DNA of 64,000 nucleotides from Marsupella aquatica (taxonomy: Eukaryota; Plantae; Marchantiophyta), in assembly GCA_973895155.1 (NCBI GenBank), contig OZ316892.1, positions 17,350,357-17,414,356 of the forward strand, in the 5' to 3' direction. The position numbers and the translations under genes are program-made. Numbering within the stretch: the stretch's first letter is position 1; the number at the start of each line of letters is the position of its first letter. Shown piece after piece: positions 58,815-64,000 of the stretch. Under the pieces are notes generated by a model, which was not told where the DNA came from, ran no database searches, and saw nothing but the letters and a program-made list of their open reading frames with translations.

Positions 58815-61289
58815 TTTTCTGGGTTTCTAACGAAAAGCTTATTGGGCCCTGCAGGGTAACAAAAAACTGGACGAGGCCAGCCTTTCAAAAGGATCTTGTT
58901 CGGGCCCATCCCTGCAACACTTATGGAACCCCTGCCGTCACAACCAAGTAGCGTTCTCAGGTTCCACATCAAAATTCGCTCACTGGCCATGCCCACTTAT
59001 GGCCGTCTTGCATGGAGAAGATCCTGAAAAAATTGGCTCTTACCACTTTTACATTCTCTCTGAAAAGTGCATCAAAAATCTCCTCTAGGCAAAATCAGTT
59101 AAGGACGGGGTTAAGGAAAGATGTGTTTCATTTGTTTATTGAGAATTTAAAGGCAGGGACCTGAAGGGCTGGAAACTTGCCCTTGATCTGCTAAAATGCT
59201 ACCATCGGGCCTGCCTGCGGAGGGGGTTGAGACATGAATGTCTTGGGGTTGAGACATGAATGTCTTGCTCACTCATAGAGCGCCATCAGTTAACTTGGGT
59301 TCCTATTTTTTGTAGTACTTCTATATGCAAGACAGCCCTTAGGTTGTCTAGCATCTCCCTTTGCTTCGTAATTGATAGAGGTCCTATTTTTTTAGTACTT
59401 CTACTTGCAAGATTGCCCTTAGGTTGTCTAGCATCTCCCTTTGCTTCAAGAAATGTTCCATTAGGGGGTTTCAAACCTCAAATTTGATGTACCTTAACTA
59501 CTAACAGACCCACAAAATTATGCACTTAGAGGCTAGTGAGAGCCATATGACCCAACATATGCAACCTTAGAGGCTAGTGAGAAAAAACCAAAAAAAATTG
59601 TACTTACCCTGTGAAATAGCATGGTCAAACATGGACAACAACTTTGAAGGTTTGAGACTCCCTATTAATGCCTTTAACTTCACATTGCAACAATCTATAT
59701 GCAAGGTGTGCTTGTAAAGCCTGCCTAGCTTGCACCTCCCCAATCAACCAGCAAAAAACTGTCCCACAAATGAAATCGCATGCAAGATAGTTGCAGAGAG
59801 CCTTTTATAACTACACAAGACTTAACCAAATATGCGGCAAATTGTTTTATGGAAATGGAGGCATTATAGGATATACAACTCCATTTGCCCTGCCACTAAG
59901 ATATCATGTGTTTATGTTAGAATACTAGTCAAGCCTCTCCACCTTATGTTCTACACACACTACTACTACTACTACTTATGATAAGAGAAGCAAGAGATTA
60001 TGAATTTCTTCAGCAAGTTGAGCATATAGGACAAGATTGTTGTTGTGTGTTCATGGAAGGAACTAAAAGAGAAAGGCTTCATGCATAGTACAAAATGTAA
60101 TTGTCTTGAGACTCCTCCATGTTTTGCACACTAGTCAAACTGGGAGAAAATGAGAGACTAATTGTGTGAAAATTCATGTTGTACAATGCGATCATTAGAA
60201 ACCCCTCTATGGTTGTGGTGATTGAGGATACAATGTAATGTGAAATGATACAAGTATGAAAGGTTGTGAGCAAAGAAGAAGCCGAATAAAGGGGACATCC
60301 GACGAATCAGATAGTGAATAGAGATTTTACTTTTATGTTTTCATGGTGGTAGCATGACATACATTTTCTATCCAGTCAACCTTTGCTAAGCCCAGTAAGC
60401 TTGGCCATTTTCCTATATTAAAGAAAGCAATCAGATTGTGGTTAACAAGACAGTGTGGCTTGGTCAGAAACTAGCAAATGAAACCCACTAGTTGCAAATT
60501 TTAATCAAAAGTGGCAAAGTATTTGGATAGCTAGAGGTGGAATTTGGCTTATTGTGCCACTAATAAGAATACTCCTGGGCAAGGGTTACATCTTACTTAT
60601 AAAGTGTGAGAGGAAGCTAGAGTTGGGGTCTAGGTTTCTAGAGTGAAGCCTCTAGACCTGTGACTCTAAGGCCCCCACCATGTGGATGGAACCCTCACTG
60701 TAGTTTGAAACCCCCACTATTCCAAAAGCAAAACCCAGTTGAATTCAGGTCACCATATTCAATCAATAATAAATTATTAGAGAGTCTCAAAATTCAGGTT
60801 TGACAGTCACCATCAGCCAAAATGTGAAAATACATTGATAACACTTATCAACTGCCATTTTAGGCAATCCATAAGTTAAGGTACTTTTCGGGAGAGATTA
60901 CTTCTAAATTATTTTTGAGACACAGTAAAAAAAAGTATGGGGCCAACGGCGGACTAACCCTCAAAGATTAGCCGGCTGATCTCCTCGATGAATCGAGGCC
61001 GTCGAGGCCGTCTAATAAACCCTTGCGATCTTGGACGTCTGCGATCGGGCCGGGACAGTAATCGCAGATCGGGGTGACAGCCCGTTGCACCGTCCGATCT
61101 AGGGCACAGGACCGCGGCAAGGGGAGAGGACGAAGTCGAGCGACGAGCACTCAAGTCCCTCGAAACCTTGTGAGCTTTTCTTTCGGTTCGGTGCCGAGTG
61201 AGGCGTAGCAGAGGCAGACTCGAGATCGAGCAGGCGAGTTCTCCAGTTCGCACGTCGCTGCCGGTTCTCGCGACAGAAGGCGATCCACG

Positions 61290-62609
61290 ATGAGTTTTCG
61301 AGTATGTTGGCGATTCCCTTACCTTCGCATACTTTCCGCTTCGTCTCGGTTTGTGAACATTTCGTGAATTTTTCCATGCTTGTGAAGCTGGGTAGCCCTT
61401 TGAAGACTGTCTGGTGTTCGAACTGATTCTTCCTCTCCTCTGCTTTTTGCTAAGTGATGTCTGTACACTTTGGTGTCCGAGCCGAGCATTGATTCTTCCT
61501 CTCCTCTGCTTTTTGCTAAGTGATGTCTGTACACTTTGGTGTCCTAGCCGAGCACTGATTCTTCCTCTCCTCTGTTTTTTCTTCGTGATATCTGTACACG
61601 TTGGTGTTCGGGCTCTGAGTCTGCCTCTCCTCTGTTTTTGCTTCCTCAGAACTCGAATAGATTGCGTATATGTAACTCCGCAGGGAATAGTTAGAAGATG
61701 TGTTTCAACCTTACTCGACCTCCGTGAGATTTTTACACTTCGAATTCTGACTATGTTGACTCTCTTTTGGTCTTTCAGTTTCACCAATATCAGGTGGTCG
61801 GTCGCGCCCTGCCGACCCCTACTAATGAAACTCCCAAGATTTACCGGATGAAGCTCTTTTCAACGAATGAGGTTCGGGCCAAATCCAAATTTTGGTACGT
61901 TATCCCCAATTCTGTGTTCTTTACTCTGCCTCTCTACACTTTTGTTATGTCACGGCAGGTGTTCTCCCAAAGAGTCCTTCCTGTCCCCCCGTATTGAGTA
62001 CTTCTCCTTCGCTGTTCAGGTACTTTCTGAGAAAGTTGAAGAAGGTGAAGAAGTCTCATGGACAGATCCTCGCCATCAATGAGGTTCGACTTCTTTACTT
62101 TCCAGCACCTTCCAATCACTCATCTCACCGTCTCTCCGAAATGATATTAATCCTACTGCTAGTCGCTTCACTTCGGACCAAAGGAGGATGTTGTGAGTTT
62201 CTCTGTTGTCTAATGTGTTACCCTTCTAGTTTCGAATTTAACAAATGCTGCATAATGTGTCTACCAGATCTTCGAAAAGAAGCCCACCACAATTAAGAAC
62301 TTCGGTATCTGGGTGAGGTATCAGAGTCGTACAGGTTATCACAACATGTACAAGGAATATCGTGATACCACGTTGAACGGAGCTGTAGAGCAGATGTATG
62401 ATGAGATGGCTTCTCGTCATAGAGTTCGGTTCCCTTGTATCCAGATCATCAAGACTGCGACAGTCCCTGTCTCTCTGTGCAAGCGAGAAAATACGAAGCA
62501 GTTCCATGATTCGAAGATCAAGTTCCCCTTGACGTACCGCAAGATTCGACCTCCATCGCGAAAGCTGAAGACGACCTACAAGGCCACCAGGCCCAACACA
62601 TTTGTTTGA
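61290..62609 (+). CDS. RPL18a: 60S ribosomal protein L18a (eL20); exons 61290-61301, 61779-61894, 62020-62083, 62268-62609
   Basis: MSFR|[13 protein letters not shown]...RAKSKFW|[12 protein letters not shown]...INE|[33 protein letters not shown]...RPNTFV. Confidence 0.96.
61414..61640. repeat. Minisatellite, ~63-bp unit x~3.5, in RPL18a intron 1
   Basis: TGATTCTTCCTCTCCTCTGCTTTTTGCTAAGTGATGTCTGTACACTTTGGTGTCC repeated. Confidence 0.88.
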
Positions 62610-63345
62610 GTAGTCAATGCGGGTGCAGGTTCCCAATTTTGAAACAATTTGGCTCAGTTTATGTCCCGAGGGACTCCTGGAGTTTCTGTGTTGAGTTTCT
62701 AGGTCAAGATGCTAAATATAAGGAAATCCAATTTTCACTTCGTTCCCGCTTCTACGTCGTTTGATTGCTCGATCCTTTGCTGTGTGTGCACGAAATCCTT
62801 GGTTGCTTGGTGTTAGATAGTAGGTGATAGTCTCTCACAGTATCCGTCATCCTGAGGAAGGCGATTTTAGCATTTGCACACAAGTCCAGTACACTGCATG
62901 ATAAGACAGTTCGAGACAATCATTATAGAAAAAGTTCTAAAGATGGACATTGATCTCAGTTCAACATGTGAAGAAGACAGTTCCGCGGGTGACAAAATGT
63001 TCGATGTTGCGTCGTTTAGAAAGGTATACTCCAAGCCAGCTTTCAAGCTCAGAATAAAATTGAAAGGGTTTTGGACCAGAAATGTCGCTGGGCATAAGAG
63101 TGCTATAGAAGCCATCTTAACCTGGCAACTTGCTTCGTAGGCATAGTTGGCTGCAACGGATGTTAATCTTTTTTAGTGCACGTCTCACACCGAGCACAGT
63201 GCACCTGATTTTCGAATGTCGAACAAAGTGCTTAAAATTTCGCAAGAACCGGTGACAGAATTAAGACGGGACTGCTGCAATTCAACAGCATTCAGTGGAA
63301 CTCACTTCTACCTACACAAGTTAGTGGAATTTATCCTTCGATCAG

Positions 63346-63550
63346 AGAATGTCAAAACTGAATTAGAGTGGATGTGATATTGTTAACACCATGTTGGAAT
63401 TTTATTGTTCGATTATAGAATGTCAAAACTGAATTAGAATGGATGTGTTACTGTTAAGACCATGTTGATGTACAACCGCTCTTCCTTCGAGCGTCAGAGA
63501 ATGTTGAAACTGAAAGTAGAATGGACGTTATCGTGTTGATGTACAACCTC
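63346..63550. repeat. Degenerate tandem repeat, ~72-80-bp unit x3
   Basis: AGAATGTCAAAACTGAATTAGA[G/A]TGGATGT recurs at ~63346, ~63417 and ~63498. Confidence 0.7.
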
Positions 63551-64000
63551 GCGTCCTTCGAGCAGGAGAAAATGCTTGGTCCTAAAACCTCGCTTCATGA
63601 AATTTTTGATTCATTTCTGGAGCAATTGCTGTTGAATCTACTATGAATTGACAGGTGAGGACTGTCACCACTACACTTGCTCTTGACGACGTCCTCCCCA
63701 ATTCCTCCATGGTGGGGGGATAAGACTTGAGGGTTAAGTGTTGCAAGTTGTCTCTCGGAAGGGTCGAACTCAGCTTTGCGTAGTACATGGACAGTCTGCT
63801 GAATGCTAATCTCGCGCTCTGTTGAAAAATATGAAAAATGCTATTTGTTTTGACGGGTGTGAGTCCTATGGGATCAGCACATTTGTAAGAAAACATAGAG
63901 CCCAATCTTGTTCTTATATTTCTAAGAATAACGGTGCACGATGTAGTGCTCAGTCTGGTCTCATTAAACTTAGTTCTCGGTGTCTGTCTTACTAAACTTA

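Noticed and set aside
60954-61787. 277-aa basic ORF on the minus strand
   Set aside because: It is antisense to the RPL18a promoter and intron 1 and is inflated by the 63-bp in-frame minisatellite.
63595-63830. Possible terminal exon of a minus-strand gene continuing beyond the window
   Set aside because: Open frames exist but no recognisable domain; cannot be supported from this window.

Overview
Eukaryotic, intron-containing plant genomic DNA. It is most likely a non-seed land plant with flagellated sperm such as a liverwort; this is inferred from land-plant genes plus a TEX47/MOT7-like flagellar gene. The first ~13.3 kb is a nested cluster of one cut-and-paste transposon family with P-element-like transposase motifs, CTCGGGGG... 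TIRs and 8-bp TSDs. It comprises a large decayed element (left end outside the window) carrying BRCT and EDM2-like PHD cargo ORFs, an internally deleted relative in the opposite orientation, and three ~290-bp MITEs. Both long copies keep a 59-nt D-armless tRNA-like (mascRNA-like) fold just after the transposase stop, with compensatory base changes. Other mobile DNA: two solo LTRs, a very young Ty1/copia element (identical 299-bp LTRs, gag/pol split by a -1 frameshift), and a deleted copia derivative that carries a nested CACTA element and an antisense ORF with an RNase H1/viroplasmin hybrid-binding domain. Host genes: DUF3511, a BAT1-like amino-acid permease with an upstream truncated duplicate, an 8-exon TEX47/MOT7-like gene invisible in the ORF track, DGAT3-like, a secreted PQQ/PVA-dehydrogenase-like protein and RPL18a. 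All homology calls are by-eye motif recognition; no database searches were run.
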